Assembly: GCF_009914755.1 (NCBI RefSeq)
Contig: NC_060942.1
DNA length: 64,000 bases
Reading direction: 5' to 3' (one strand)
Origin: the human T2T-CHM13v2.0 reference genome, Homo sapiens
How positions within the stretch are numbered: position 1 is the first letter of the stretch; every line of letters begins with the position of its first letter. Below the pieces are notes generated by a model. That model was not told the DNA's origin, searched no databases, and worked only from the letters and a program-made list of their open reading frames with translations. The translations under genes were made by a program, and so were the position numbers. Shown one piece after another: positions 14,109-26,286 of this stretch.

Positions 14109-14375
14109 CTGTAATCCCAGTATTTTAGGGGGTCAAGCTGGGCAGGCCATTTGAAGTCAGGAGTTTGAGACCAGCCTGACCAAAATGGTGAAACCCTGTC
14201 TCTACTAAAAAATACAAAACAATGGGTGTGGTGGCATATGCCTATAGTCCCAGCTACTCATGAGGCTGAGGCCAGAGAATTGAACCAGGAAGGCAGACGT
14301 TGTAGTGAGCTGAAATCATGCCACTGCACTCCAGCCTGGGCAAGAGAGTGAAACTCTATCTCAAAAAAAAAAAAA
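14109..14375 (+). mobile_element. Alu (slightly 5'-truncated) inside old L1M fragments (~13905-14470)
   Basis: ctgtaatcccag...gaccagcctgaccaaaatggtgaaaccc...cactccagcctgggc plus poly(A). Confidence 0.95.
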
Positions 14376-14470
14376 GTACAGACTAAAATATGTGATTATA
14401 CGACATCTTATATAATGGATTATTCTGTTATTAAAACTTTTCTTGAAGAATATTAAATGTTTGTAAACTC

Positions 14471-14510
14471 ATGTTGTCTCATGCAACATTTGGGGCATAC
14501 TTATGCTACA

Positions 14511-14563
<53 letters not shown>

Positions 14564-14616
14564 TATGTGAAATTCAAATTTAATTGGGCATCCTGTATTT
14601 TATCAGGCAACTCTAC
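14471..14616. mobile_element. MER53-like hAT MITE half, carrying a (CA)n(GA)n microsatellite at 14508-14558
   Basis: gaaattcaaatttaattgggcatcctgtattttatcaggcaactcta matches the MER53 terminus. Confidence 0.8.
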
Positions 14617-14939
14617 ACCGAACTCTCCAGAGACCCCCATGCTGCCTAAGGCAATGCCTTAGGTTGGGTGTGGACCCCTCTGGAGGCCAGGCAGCAGCAA
14701 GACTCCATATTGAAGCAACCACTGGCTTCCACAGTGCCACCTTGCCTGGCTTTCCTTCTATCTCTCTGGCCTCGCTCCATTACCTCACAAGTGTTCCACA
14801 GCCTGGCATGCTCTCTTGGGAAAGCACTTTCAACATAGGAGCAGCATTTGTTTTAATGACTTTACTTTCTTATATGTTTTATCAATTCTCAAATTCAAAC
14901 CTATAGCCCCAAACTCCCTGAACTGAGGCATTTGCTGGG

Positions 14940-15570
14940 GGAATGGAGAGAAAGGGAGGGATTTATGAGAAAATAGAATTTGATAGGGTTCTATTAGAGT
15001 TAATAGAACTTGTGTAGGGATAATAGAACTTGACACACTGTGGGTGTGAGAGTTGAGGGAGCAGAGGAGGTTTAGAGGAGGTTTCAGGCATGGGACCTGG
15101 TGGGTCAGAGTGCCAGGTACTGATGAAGGCACTGCAGGGAGTGAGGGCACAGGTGCCGTGGGAAAGGTGAGTTTGACTTGGTGAATTCCAGGGGCCTGGC
15201 AGCCATCCCAGTGAGGAGGTTAAATAGAAACCATATGGGTGCCACACGTGCCTGGGCTCCTACTCTGCCTCCTCTCTCTACTGTTCTAACCACCATTTCC
15301 ACCAACAACACCTGCTCCACCTTGAATTGCACTCCCACTTCAAGAGTCAGGGCAAATATGTCACCTTCTCTGGGAACCCTTTCTTGACCCCTTCCCAATC
15401 TCACATGCCACCCTGCACGATCATACACTGTTTATTTGTGTGTGAGCCACCACACGGTGAGATCCCTCCAGTCAGGAAGACACTCTGATTCAGCTTTATA
15501 TCCTCAGCACCAACCACTACACCTTCTGCAAAGTGGAACTCTCAGCAAATGTTCCTGGAACTGAACTAGT
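14940..15570. mobile_element. L2 fragments in both orientations
   Basis: Purine-rich antisense L2 then sense gtcaccttctctgggaaccctttcttgacc...ctcagcaaatgttc. Confidence 0.65.
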
Positions 15571-16216
15571 CTATTACCTGTAAGACACTATGCTAAGAGC
15601 TATGAAAGATGCAAAAATGTAAAAGACACAGTCAATTTACAGACTCTGTGGGGATATAAAGCTTGAACATTTAATAACTCCACTTGTATCTTTGTAGTTA
15701 TTCTTATGAAAATACAATCTAGCTTGATACTGGTAGAGAATATGTAAAGTAAATAGGAACAAGCTCAATTGTTTGACATTGAGAAAAAACTGGCAAGCCA
15801 GTGGAGAACATATGCATACAATTTTCTGTAATTTTTATAATATCAAGCAAGTTCTTATGATGCAGTAAACACAATTCTCTCTTAATATCAATCTTAATAT
15901 AACAACTGGGGTCCTCCCAAGGAACAGAGAGCATCTCCAAATTAAAATGACTCAAGGAGAATTTAATTAAAAAATTTTACAAAGACAATGGTAAGAATGG
16001 CAAACCACAAGGGAATGTGGAGCAACCCAGTTACCCTGGGCAGGCAACTGCAGAGCCCTGTTCCCTGCAGAGCCTGAGGGAAGGTGCAGGATTGAGGGAC
16101 CCCATCAGACCCATTGTGCAGAAGCTGGCTGGGGGATGCCCTGGATGTCATCCAGCGGTTCTCAAACTTTTTGGTCTTAGGACTCCCTTCACATTCACCA
16201 AAATTATTCAGAATGT

Positions 16217-16537
<321 letters not shown>

Positions 16538-16589
16538 TTACAGCTATCAAGATTTACCATGTTAGTAATTAAAGCTTAGAGGTTTTGTT

Positions 16590-16922
16590 TTTCTAATTTT
16601 TTGCTTTTATTATTAACTGACACATAATAATTGTACCTATTTACAGGGTACAGTGTGATATTTCAATATATATTCAATACCATATTTCAATACTGAGTGT
16701 AGTGTTCAAATCCGGGTGACTTGCTTACTCCTCACCTTATCATTTATTTGTGTTGGGAACATTAGCAATTGAAAATATATAATAAATTGTTACTGTAGTC
16801 CCCTTACGGTGCCGTAGAATGCTAGAAGGCACTTCTCTCTAGCTTTACTGTTATATCCATTAACCAACCTCTTGCTATCTTCCCCCAGCCTTTCCCACCC
16901 CTAGTAATCACTATTCTACTCT
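16590..16922 (-). mobile_element. L1MA-type 3' end
   Basis: ttaactgacacataataattgtacctatttacagggtacagtgtgatattt...ctagtaatcactattctactct. Confidence 0.85.
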
Positions 16923-17474
16923 AAAACTGAGAAGTTTTTATAATGTTCATACATTTATTTAAAATAACAATAATAAACCCACTCCCTGTTAAGCATAATT
17001 AACATTAACATATTAAAGAAATCACTATTTTCAGAATAAATAGTGAGGAGAGTGGCATTGATTTACATTTGGCAAATGTGTTCAATGCCTGAGGCCTGGC
17101 TTAACATAAAAGGCCTGTATCCTCAGATCTGCGGCATCCCGTCTGCTGCAATATCATCTTGCCTCTGAAAAGCTCCACCACACGCTCATGAAAGGGGAGG
17201 AGTGCAAAGGGGGGAATCATGTCTTGCCATCACTGTGAAATTCGTGTTGACCTTGCAGACTCCTCCAAGGGTCTCAGTGATGACACCGATGACTGCAGCT
17301 ATCAGACCCAAGGTCCTCAGGCAAGGACTGTGCAGCTCATCTCAGCGTCCTGGGTACGTAGGTCCCATAGTAGTATCCAAAACATACTTGCTAAATAAAT
17401 GGGTGTTTTAGCAGTTAAAAGAATTTTGCATAAAAACAAATAAATATCATTTTATCTAATTAAAAAAAAAATTA

Positions 17475-17819
<345 letters not shown>

Positions 17820-17968
17820 TTATGTAATGCTCTTGCAATTGTTCTGCTCACTCATTTGTCCTTAAGGAGCCATCAACAAAAACAAACCATGTCCACCCAT
17901 GAGTAGTGACCAGGGCTTTAAACATGTCTTCCTTCAAGATACCGAACAGAGGATGGGGTGTCTGGGGG

Positions 17969-17979
17969 TGCTGAGTCAC
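17969..17979. promoter_or_regulatory. Perfect ARE/MARE motif (NRF2/NF-E2/BACH-sMAF)
   Basis: TGCTGAGTCAC equals the consensus; function not shown. Confidence 0.35.
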
Positions 17980-17984
17980 ACACA

Positions 17985-18150
17985 AGACAAAAGCACTGGG
18001 ATAGAAGGAGATTGGATTCTAACTCAGCTCTGCCAGGAGCCAGCTCTGTAACTGGAAGAAAGTCAGGCCTGAAATTTCATTTTCTCATCTATAAAATCAA
18101 GCAGCTGAGCTGTGTGCTGCTGTGACCTCTCTGACCTCCCCTATCATGTG
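17985..18150 (+). mobile_element. MIR
   Basis: ggattctaactcagctctgcc...ttttctcatctataaaat. Confidence 0.7.
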
Positions 18151-19184
18151 GTTCTGATTTCTACCCACTAGGTAAATGGCCACCTTCATAGTCGCTTGGA
18201 AGCACATCGCCTTAACCCTCCAAAATGCCTGCTCTCAGCTACACCAGGAATCTAACATGGTGATTTTTGTTGAACAGAGCACCTGTCTGGGAAAAAAAAT
18301 TGTCTGTTTTTCAAATGCTTGCTTGACCTCCTTCAAAATTATATATTGAAGACAAAAGAGAAATATGCCTTTCATAGCCAAAAAATACTTTTTTTTTTCA
18401 TTTGAGTATATCTCAAGAGGGTCCTATTTGAAAACCTGGGCAATGGCAGCATTCCTTTCCTGCTACATTCAAATGCCATTTTGAAGAGAGTAAAAAGATG
18501 ACCAGCTGAGTTAGGAGAATTCTATTTCTACTTATGAAAAGCCAATCATAAAAGCAATAGTCAATCACAAGTATCTTCAACGAATTCAAATTTGTAGCAA
18601 CTACATCGCTTATACTTTGCAAAATAAAATAAACTTCAATAGGAAGAATAGTCATTACCCATACTTGCATCAGAGTCTTAATGATGAAAACATGTAATTA
18701 TTTAATGGACTAATAACTACATGGAAAGAAGTGGTGTGGGTCGTGTACCAGCTTGGGCTGGAGAGACAGTGTTCCCAGTATGAACCCTGTAACCAGAGGG
18801 CACGCTCCCACCCAATAATGGCCAACTTTTACAAGAAGCTGCACGACCATTGGCAGAAATTGCCCAGGGCTCTGTCCATTCCCCTAACATGTCTGACTGT
18901 CCTTCCCTCATTGCTCTTGTTCTGATTTTGTATCTCTGGTCTGAGCTTGGCATCCCACGTAGGAATCCTGCCTCCTGTATCACCCAATTTGTGTTTGTAT
19001 CTGGACTCCCAGGCACTGGAGTCTCCCACAGCTCTGACTTGGCCTTCCTTTTTTGTTTCTGCATCCATCCTGTCTGAGATATCAACCCTCCACTCTAGCT
19101 TTCACCCTGAAAGCCAACCTCTGATACTATCTGCTCAGCCAGGGCACAGCCAGGCCACCCACAGTTAATCCTCAGAGGTCAGAG

Positions 19185-19365
19185 GAGATCTGTTTCCTAC
19201 CCATCTCCTGTTATGAACCAGCCTTGTGATGTTTGGCAAGTCCCAGTTTCTCTGCGCATTAACTTTGCTATCCGCAAAATGGTAATGATAATACACAAAA
19301 TGATGGCAAAGATAAAATGGGTAATTGCTAAAGTGGCTTGCAGCGTGCAAAGCACTATACAAACT
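19185..19365 (+). mobile_element. MIR
   Basis: ccttgtgatgtttggcaagtccc...tccgcaaaatggtaatgataatac. Confidence 0.65.
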
Positions 19366-20658
19366 TTAACTTCGTGTTTTTCCTTTGTTAAAAAGTGCTC
19401 CCAGATCAAACTTTTCCTTCGTTTCCTAATTAAGTTTGATAATCGCCCTCTTGTCTAAGGAACTGAATATCTGGAAAACACTTTCACCTTGTCACTCAGG
19501 GGTCTGTGCATCTTTCCTGCCTGACACAGCCAGGAATGGTGGCCAGTGAGTGTCCTGTGTGACTTTGAACATCAGCTCCAGCAGCCTTGGGAAACTGGGG
19601 TAGCTCCAGGGTCACTCAAGGCCCTTGCAGACAACCCTCTAGCAAGCAGGGATTTGATGATGGATATATTCCTACCCCAGGTCACAATTCTAGAGCCACA
19701 GTGGACGAGGCCAGTAACGAGCCCTTCTCAGCACAAACTCTGCCAAGCGCCAAGATCCGCCAGACTGGGCATTGCAGGCAGCAGCAGTACCAGAAAGTCT
19801 TCAGCCATCAGGAGTTCTGCCCTTGCCTCGGGCCTGTCCTGACTGATTAAGAGGTAGACAATCTTTCTCTGCATAAGAGAAAGAATGCTTTTCAGACTAG
19901 GGGAAAACATTCCCTTAGAGTCAACTATTTTCTAACTACTGCCACGCTGAGGCCGTTTAGAAGTCCCTAACACTATTTGTACACACTTACTGCTGTTCAC
20001 TGTCACTATTAGAAAAGGTGAATTAGCCCATTTGCCGAGTTTCATAGAAAAAGAAACTTTGATTTAGTTGTGTTAAAGAGCTGGGACTATGGCCATTTAG
20101 GAGTCAAAGTGCTGGAGCCCCCATCCTCCACTTGGACATGCACCCTGGGGTCACAGCTCCTGTGTGCACTGCCGGTTTTAAGAGAATCTATGAAGGCAGA
20201 AGTTTCATAACCTGCAAGTCTTTAAAAGCTGAAACCACTGAACCTGTGCCAAGAGATACGAGACCTCAAGCCCCGAAAATGTTCCCACTTCAGCACCTGA
20301 ATGTCAGCAGAAAAATCAGCTCCTAAACTCTTGCATATTGTTGGCGAACCTATAATATGCACACTTCTTTGGGAAGGAAATGATGGAGTCAAAACACATA
20401 AAGGTATACCATAATTCTCCTTCAAATGCCTCCCAGGGATAAAGCCCCAAATCCTAGAAAGGATACTAAGGGAACTCCTGCTTTCCTAGCTTGGAATTGC
20501 GTGGAAGACAGTCGGGCTGACATGAGTTTCCATGTTCTTCCTGACCCAGGAATCACAGGCTGCTTCAACCTGTCTCCTTCTCCTCTCCTATAAATCCTGC
20601 AAATAATACAACAGTTAAGTTTACATTTCAGCTCAGAGTCTAGTGGGATCTTTTTACA

Positions 20659-20988
20659 TTTTTTTGTTTTATTTTTTATTTATTTATTTATTTTGAGACG
20701 AGATTTTGCTCTGTCATCCAGACTTGTATGCAGTCGTGCAACGACAGGTCACTGCAGCCTTGACCTCCAGGGCTCAAGTGATCATTCTCCTACCTCAGCC
20801 TCCTGAGTAGCTGAAACTACAGGCATGTGCCATCCTACCCAGCTATTTTTTTTTAATTTTTTATTTTTAGTACACAAAAGATCTCACTATGTTTCCCAGG
20901 CTGTTCTCAAACTCCTGGGCTCAAGCAATCCTCCTACCGTGGCCTCCCAAAGTGCTGGGATTGCAGGCATGAACAACTATGCCTGGCT
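20659..20988 (-). mobile_element. AluJ-type element
   Basis: cactgcagccttgacctcc-type right arm, antisense, (TTTA)n tail. Confidence 0.95.
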
Positions 20989-21057
20989 GATTTTTTTTAA
21001 TGAATTATTTCCTTGTGAAGTTTGGGAAGATATACTAAAATGCAAAATGACTATAGA

Positions 21058-21060
<3 letters not shown>

Positions 21061-21134
<74 letters not shown>
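21061..21134. repeat. Compound microsatellite (AT)15(AG)22
   Basis: Direct reading. Confidence 0.98.
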
Positions 21135-21137
<3 letters not shown>

Positions 21138-21217
21138 TATCTAATCCTAGAAATGATTGGTAATGACAATGTAAGTAAGATTGCAATTTGCAATTTTCAG
21201 GACAAAAATCCACGGTG

Positions 21218-21360
21218 AGACCAGGTGTGGTGGCTCACACCCTGTAATCCCAGCACTTCGGGAGGCCGAGGCAGGTGGATCGCTTTGAGCCCAGGAGTCT
21301 GAGAGCAGCCTGGCTAACATGGTAAAATCCCATCTCTACAAAAATTAAAAAAAAAAAATA
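21218..21360 (+). mobile_element. AluJ left arm or FLAM monomer
   Basis: gaccaggtgtggtggctcacac...catctctacaaaaattaaaaa; no adjacent right arm. Confidence 0.93.
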
Positions 21361-22710
21361 TGGGTGAGGTGAATGTTCTTCTAGTAAAAATACAGTTAGA
21401 ACAACGTATAGAGTTTCAGTAGAGAAACTATATTATGTTCAAGTTAAGCATCATCTATTGTATAGATTGAAACTAATTAAAATAACTTCATTAATTATGC
21501 TGCCATTTAAAGAAAACATAGGGATTTTGATTTGCAGTAGAAAAAGAGGTCATGTCTGCTGTATGAGTTAGCTGTAAATTTTTACACACACGTAAGTGAC
21601 ATTATTGGCATTCTGGATAAGAAAAGCCGGACTGTGTTGAACACCTCCCTGGTGCCAGGCACTGTGCCATGCACCCCAGGGAATACAATGGTGGGGAAGG
21701 CATCAGCGCCACCCCTCCAGACCAGGATAGACCCCGGGAAAAGACAGAAAAGGCAGAAAGAAGAGTGCCCGTGAGAAACACAAGCAGTGTGTTCTGAGAT
21801 AAAAGAAGAGAAAGCAGTGAAATAACCTGACTCAGGTGTGGTCGGACAATGTGTCAAATAAGGAAAAGGCTGAAACGGGCCTCATAGAGAGAAAGGGCAG
21901 GGAGGCAGGACCCGGCAGAGGAAGAGTGGTGCAAAGACCCACGGGTGTAAAAATGGGCCGCATGTGCAGGCAGCCCAAGACGTTTGCTTGGCTGGAGTTT
22001 AGCTCACGTGAAGTCAACAAGAGCCAGGCCTGAAGGTTGGTGGGCAGGGTTTCTACAGAGGCCTCGCGACTGAAGGACCCTCAGAAAACCCATGCCAGTT
22101 GCCTTGGGCTGTTCTTCAAACGCCAGTGCCTGATTTGCTTTCTCACTAAGTCTACTCAGTGAGAGTAGAGTCTTCCTGTCTTAATACTTGTGATAAACCA
22201 GCACCGTGCAGTTACCAGTGATAGAAAAATATGAAATGAAGGGTAATGTTAATTAGGTTAAAGCTTTATGTTCACGTGCATACGGTGAATCCCTTCTTTT
22301 GACTATGAAAAAAGACACAAAGTTTGTTCAGAGGAAATTAAAGAGTTGTTCCCCATTAAGCAAATATCTCAGGAATGTCCGCTTACCAGGGCCCACCCAG
22401 GGCAGCGAGAGATACTGTGCCACTCTGAGCCCAAGCAGCAAAATGAGCACTGATACAGTGGTGCCTGCCTTCCCAATCCATCCTCACCGAACCAGGGCAG
22501 TGTCCCGATTCAGGAAGGAGTTCCTCCATGTTGAGGTGAGCCCATATTAGTAAGAAACAAGATCAGAGAAGACCCCGCTTGCCTGTGTGATGTTTGATCA
22601 GTTATGGCCTTGCTGCTTCTCCCAGGCCCCAAGCAGCAGGAAAAAAGACACAAGAAAGTAATCTCCATAGAGAGGAAGTAGTGGCCCCAGTCCCGCATCT
22701 CCAGATGAGC

Positions 22711-22724
22711 CCTGCAGGTGGCGA
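22711..22724 (+). promoter_or_regulatory. CTCF-like motif
   Basis: CCTGCAGGTGGCG versus consensus CCASYAGRKGGCR, one mismatch. Confidence 0.35.
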
Positions 22725-24699
22725 AGAGCCGGGACTATCCCTGCAGATGTCCCTCCTGCCAGCCAAGGCTGGCTTTCTCGGGGGGCGCCGTGAGCCAGTC
22801 TTTGAGGATGTGGCCCAGGCCAGACTGTCCACCCTGCAGCAAGGAGGGTGCCTGGAGTGGTGTGGCCTGTGCCTGAAGCCACTTGCTTTCAGCATCAATG
22901 CACTTTACCCATTTTTCTTTTTCTTTCATCCTTCCTGTTCTTTCTAGAAGGAGGGTTTGGAGGTCTACTCCTGTGAGCTCCCAAACTGTGGGATAGGAAG
23001 TGCTGTTTTCTGACCAGCCCCTTGTCTCAGTTCTGAGGACCTAGACAAAGTGTTGTTACCTGAGGAAGGCGACAATACTTGGAAGAGGGGTAGGGGGCGC
23101 TGGCTGGCAGGGCTCTAGAATGCTGCCTTCTAAGACTTGCATTTGCTCGTATGCCATCCCTCACGCGCCAGGTGACACTTCAGACCCAGGGCCAGCAGGA
23201 TGTGCATGAGTTATTTTAGAGCAGAGGCGGTGCATGTGCACTGAGCCACCCACCTCCACGTGCGCCTGTGATGAATGGCACACATTCCTGAGAAACCTGA
23301 GAAACCGGGATGAAGACAATGAAAGCAAACCCCCTGCCGTGGCTTCCAAATGATCAGAGAGGAAAGGCTCTGTGGGACCCAGCCTGCGTCCCCCTCACAC
23401 ACGCATTTCTCTTTCACCTAAAAATAAATGTTTAATAATAAAAGGGAAAGATAGAATATAATTTAGGCACCTTTAGCACAGAGAAATAGTTGTAAAGCAT
23501 CCTATAATTTTAAACCAAGATGCAAAGAAATAAATAAGTGTTTAATTTCAGACATTCCAAGACACAACTGTATTTAGGAGTTGTGAGTAAGAATCTGTGA
23601 TAATTATCTTATTCAAAACCAGCTGGGGAGAGCAATCTATGTCTGCACACCAGAATTCCTCTCCACAACTTTCTAAGAATAACACACCTCAAGCTCCATA
23701 AACCATGATTTATAAAACCAGCGTGAAACCAGCTCAGTGGCAAATAGAGATTTTACAGGAAGAGGCTGACACCACCACATTGATACTTCACTGAAAAAAA
23801 TCAAAAGATTTCTGAATTATCTGCTTCTCGATACATAAATTCAGTGGATCCCATGGCAGATGACTCCTTAATTGGGACGTCCTTCCTAATAAGGTCATCT
23901 CATATGTTCGCTTAATGTTTCATATTTCAAGAAACAATTCTCTTTAAACTTCTGTTTGAGTCTATAATGTATAAACTGTGAAGATGAGGCTATTTACTGG
24001 AATTATCTCCCATTTTTCATCAACATAGAAAGGAAAACTAAAAGGGAAATAGATGAGCTGGGAACACCAAAATTAATATGAAGTGGATGGAAATTGTGTG
24101 AGAGGTGAAGTAGATTATGTGTACAACCGCACGTCAGGAGAAAGAAGTCAATTCTGATTATTAATGTATTGGAAGTTAATTCAAGAGAGAAATTTGCGTA
24201 ATTCAGGCCCACACAACAATGTTGTTGGGAAGAAGAACAGAGACTTATGGAGCTCTGGGAGACTCCGAAACCACAGAAGGGGCTTTGTCACCCTGTGCCA
24301 AGAAACAGGTCCTAGGAGTGGCCGTCCACTGCAGAAGAGCAAGAGCCCGGGAGTCTACAGAGCTGTGGTGGGAGAAGCACCGTGTCTGATATTGGTCTCT
24401 GGTGGTGGAAGAGTGTGATCATAATGAGAGCACTAGCTGCCCTGACACCTGCACAGCCTTCAGAAACACCAGCTCGGCTCATTTTCAGCCCACCGTGGCA
24501 GGCGGCATCACTGCAGCCACCCTACGAGGGGTGCAGGGAGCCAAGACTGACACAGGTTGGGTGGCTGGAAGAATGCGGTGGGATTTAGACCCAGGTATAT
24601 CAAGCACTAACATCACTATTGTGTAAAACTTGGCTAACCTATATGTCTAAAACTCTGGCTTTTTAGAAGCGTGGGGTGTATATACACACACATGCACAC

Positions 24700-25062
24700 A
24701 CACTAGGAGACAATGGAATATTATTTAGCCTTAAAAAAGAAGAAAATCCTGTCATCCACCACAACACGAATGGCCCTGGAGGACATTATGCCACTCGAGG
24801 AACAGAAGGACAGGTACTGCATGATCCCACTTACATGAGGAACCTAAAGTATCTAAAATAGTCAACCTTGTAGGACCAGGGCTGGGGGATGAGGGAGATT
24901 GGGAGTTGCTCATCAGTAGGTCATAAATTCTCAGGTAAGCAGGACGCAAGAGCTCTGCTGGGTCACACTGTACCTATAGGCAACAATAGTGTCTGTGCAC
25001 TTAAAAATGTATTCAGAGCATAGATCTCACCTTAAGTATTCTTACCACAATAAAATAAAATT
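24700..25062 (+). mobile_element. L1M (L1MA/MB) 3' UTR
   Basis: acaatggaatattatttagccttaaaaaagaag...gtattcttaccacaataaaataaaa. Confidence 0.88.
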
Positions 25063-25296
25063 AAACGTGTCAGGTGTGATTCATGTTTGTGAATGAATCA
25101 GTAGAAACTTTGTGGCAGGGTCTCTGCCCCATGATTCTGAGGTGAAGTCATGCAGCCTTAGTACACTGCTCTCTGCTGAGGTCATTTAGCCACGTGGCCC
25201 TGCCCCTGGCTTCAGCAAGAAACCATCTTTAGGCATTTTTGCCACTCCAGGAAACAAGAGAGACATGGTTTAAAGGTGGCTCTATAAGAAGCTAAG

Positions 25297-25464
25297 TCTA
25301 CAAAAAAAAAATTAAAAATTAGGTGAGCATGGTGGCATGCCTGTGGACCCAGCTACTCAGGAGGCTGAGATGGAAAGATCGCTTGAGCCCAGGAGGTCAA
25401 GGTTGCAATGAGCCGCGACTGTGCCACTGCACTCCAGCCTGGATGACAGAGCAAGACCCTGTCT
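25297..25464 (+). mobile_element. AluJ linker plus right arm, no poly(A)
   Basis: tctacaaaaaaaaaaattaaaaattagg...gcttgagcccaggaggtcaagg...gcaagaccctgtct. Confidence 0.93.
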
Positions 25465-26261
25465 TAGGTTTGCCAGCATTGTCCGCAGAGTGAAATCAGT
25501 TCCTGCCCTGCCCTGCCCACTCTAAACCAACACTTGTTTTACTAGGCATAGAAAAATTAGATCTTGACCCCTATGTCTTCAACCCTCACAAACTAGGCCA
25601 AAGGGGAGGAAAGTGAGGCTCCAGAGATTTGTGACTTGCCCAAAGCCACCAGACATTAGGGTGAGAATCTGTTCTTTTTATTTGTTTCCCTGTTACTGGA
25701 AATTACGGCTGAAAAGGTGTTGGTCATTGTTTCAACTCTGCAAAACCGTAGTAACTAAATAATCTTCCTGATAGCGAATCATTTAGGCTTCTTATATTTC
25801 CTAATTCCTCTAAGTCTCTTTTCCCCTCACACCTACAGCAGGGTCAAATGCACCAGAAGAGAGCAATTCATCAATGCAAAGGGTCTGATTATTTCATGCA
25901 GGGGGCATGCTTCCCACAGCAGACTAAGTCTCTGGGTTTTACTGTGTGAATGCGGCCTGCATTGAACAGGGGGCTGGGGAGCGCAGCCAGGATGGTCCGT
26001 GCACATTTTAGGTTGGAGAGACCCAGCTTAGAATGTGACATTCTCCTACAAAGCTTTACTGAGAATCTATCACATAAAAAAATGTGTGTAAAGGTCAGTG
26101 CTTGGCATAGAGCAAGTGCAGGCTGAATGTTTGCTATTATTATTACCAGCTCCAGAAGGTAAAGATGAGAATAGGACAGGGAAAGACCAGCATTTTACAT
26201 CTCTAAACATATTTATTGAATGCCTGCTATGTGGCAGCCAGTATTCTAGAAGCTCTGCGTG

Positions 26262-26286
26262 ACACACACACACACACACACACACA
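26262..26286. repeat. (CA)n microsatellite within an L2 fragment
   Basis: Direct reading. Confidence 0.9.

Noticed and set aside
19546-19910. Overlapping ORFs in a GC-richer patch
   Set aside because: No recognisable homology or matched acceptor/donor pair
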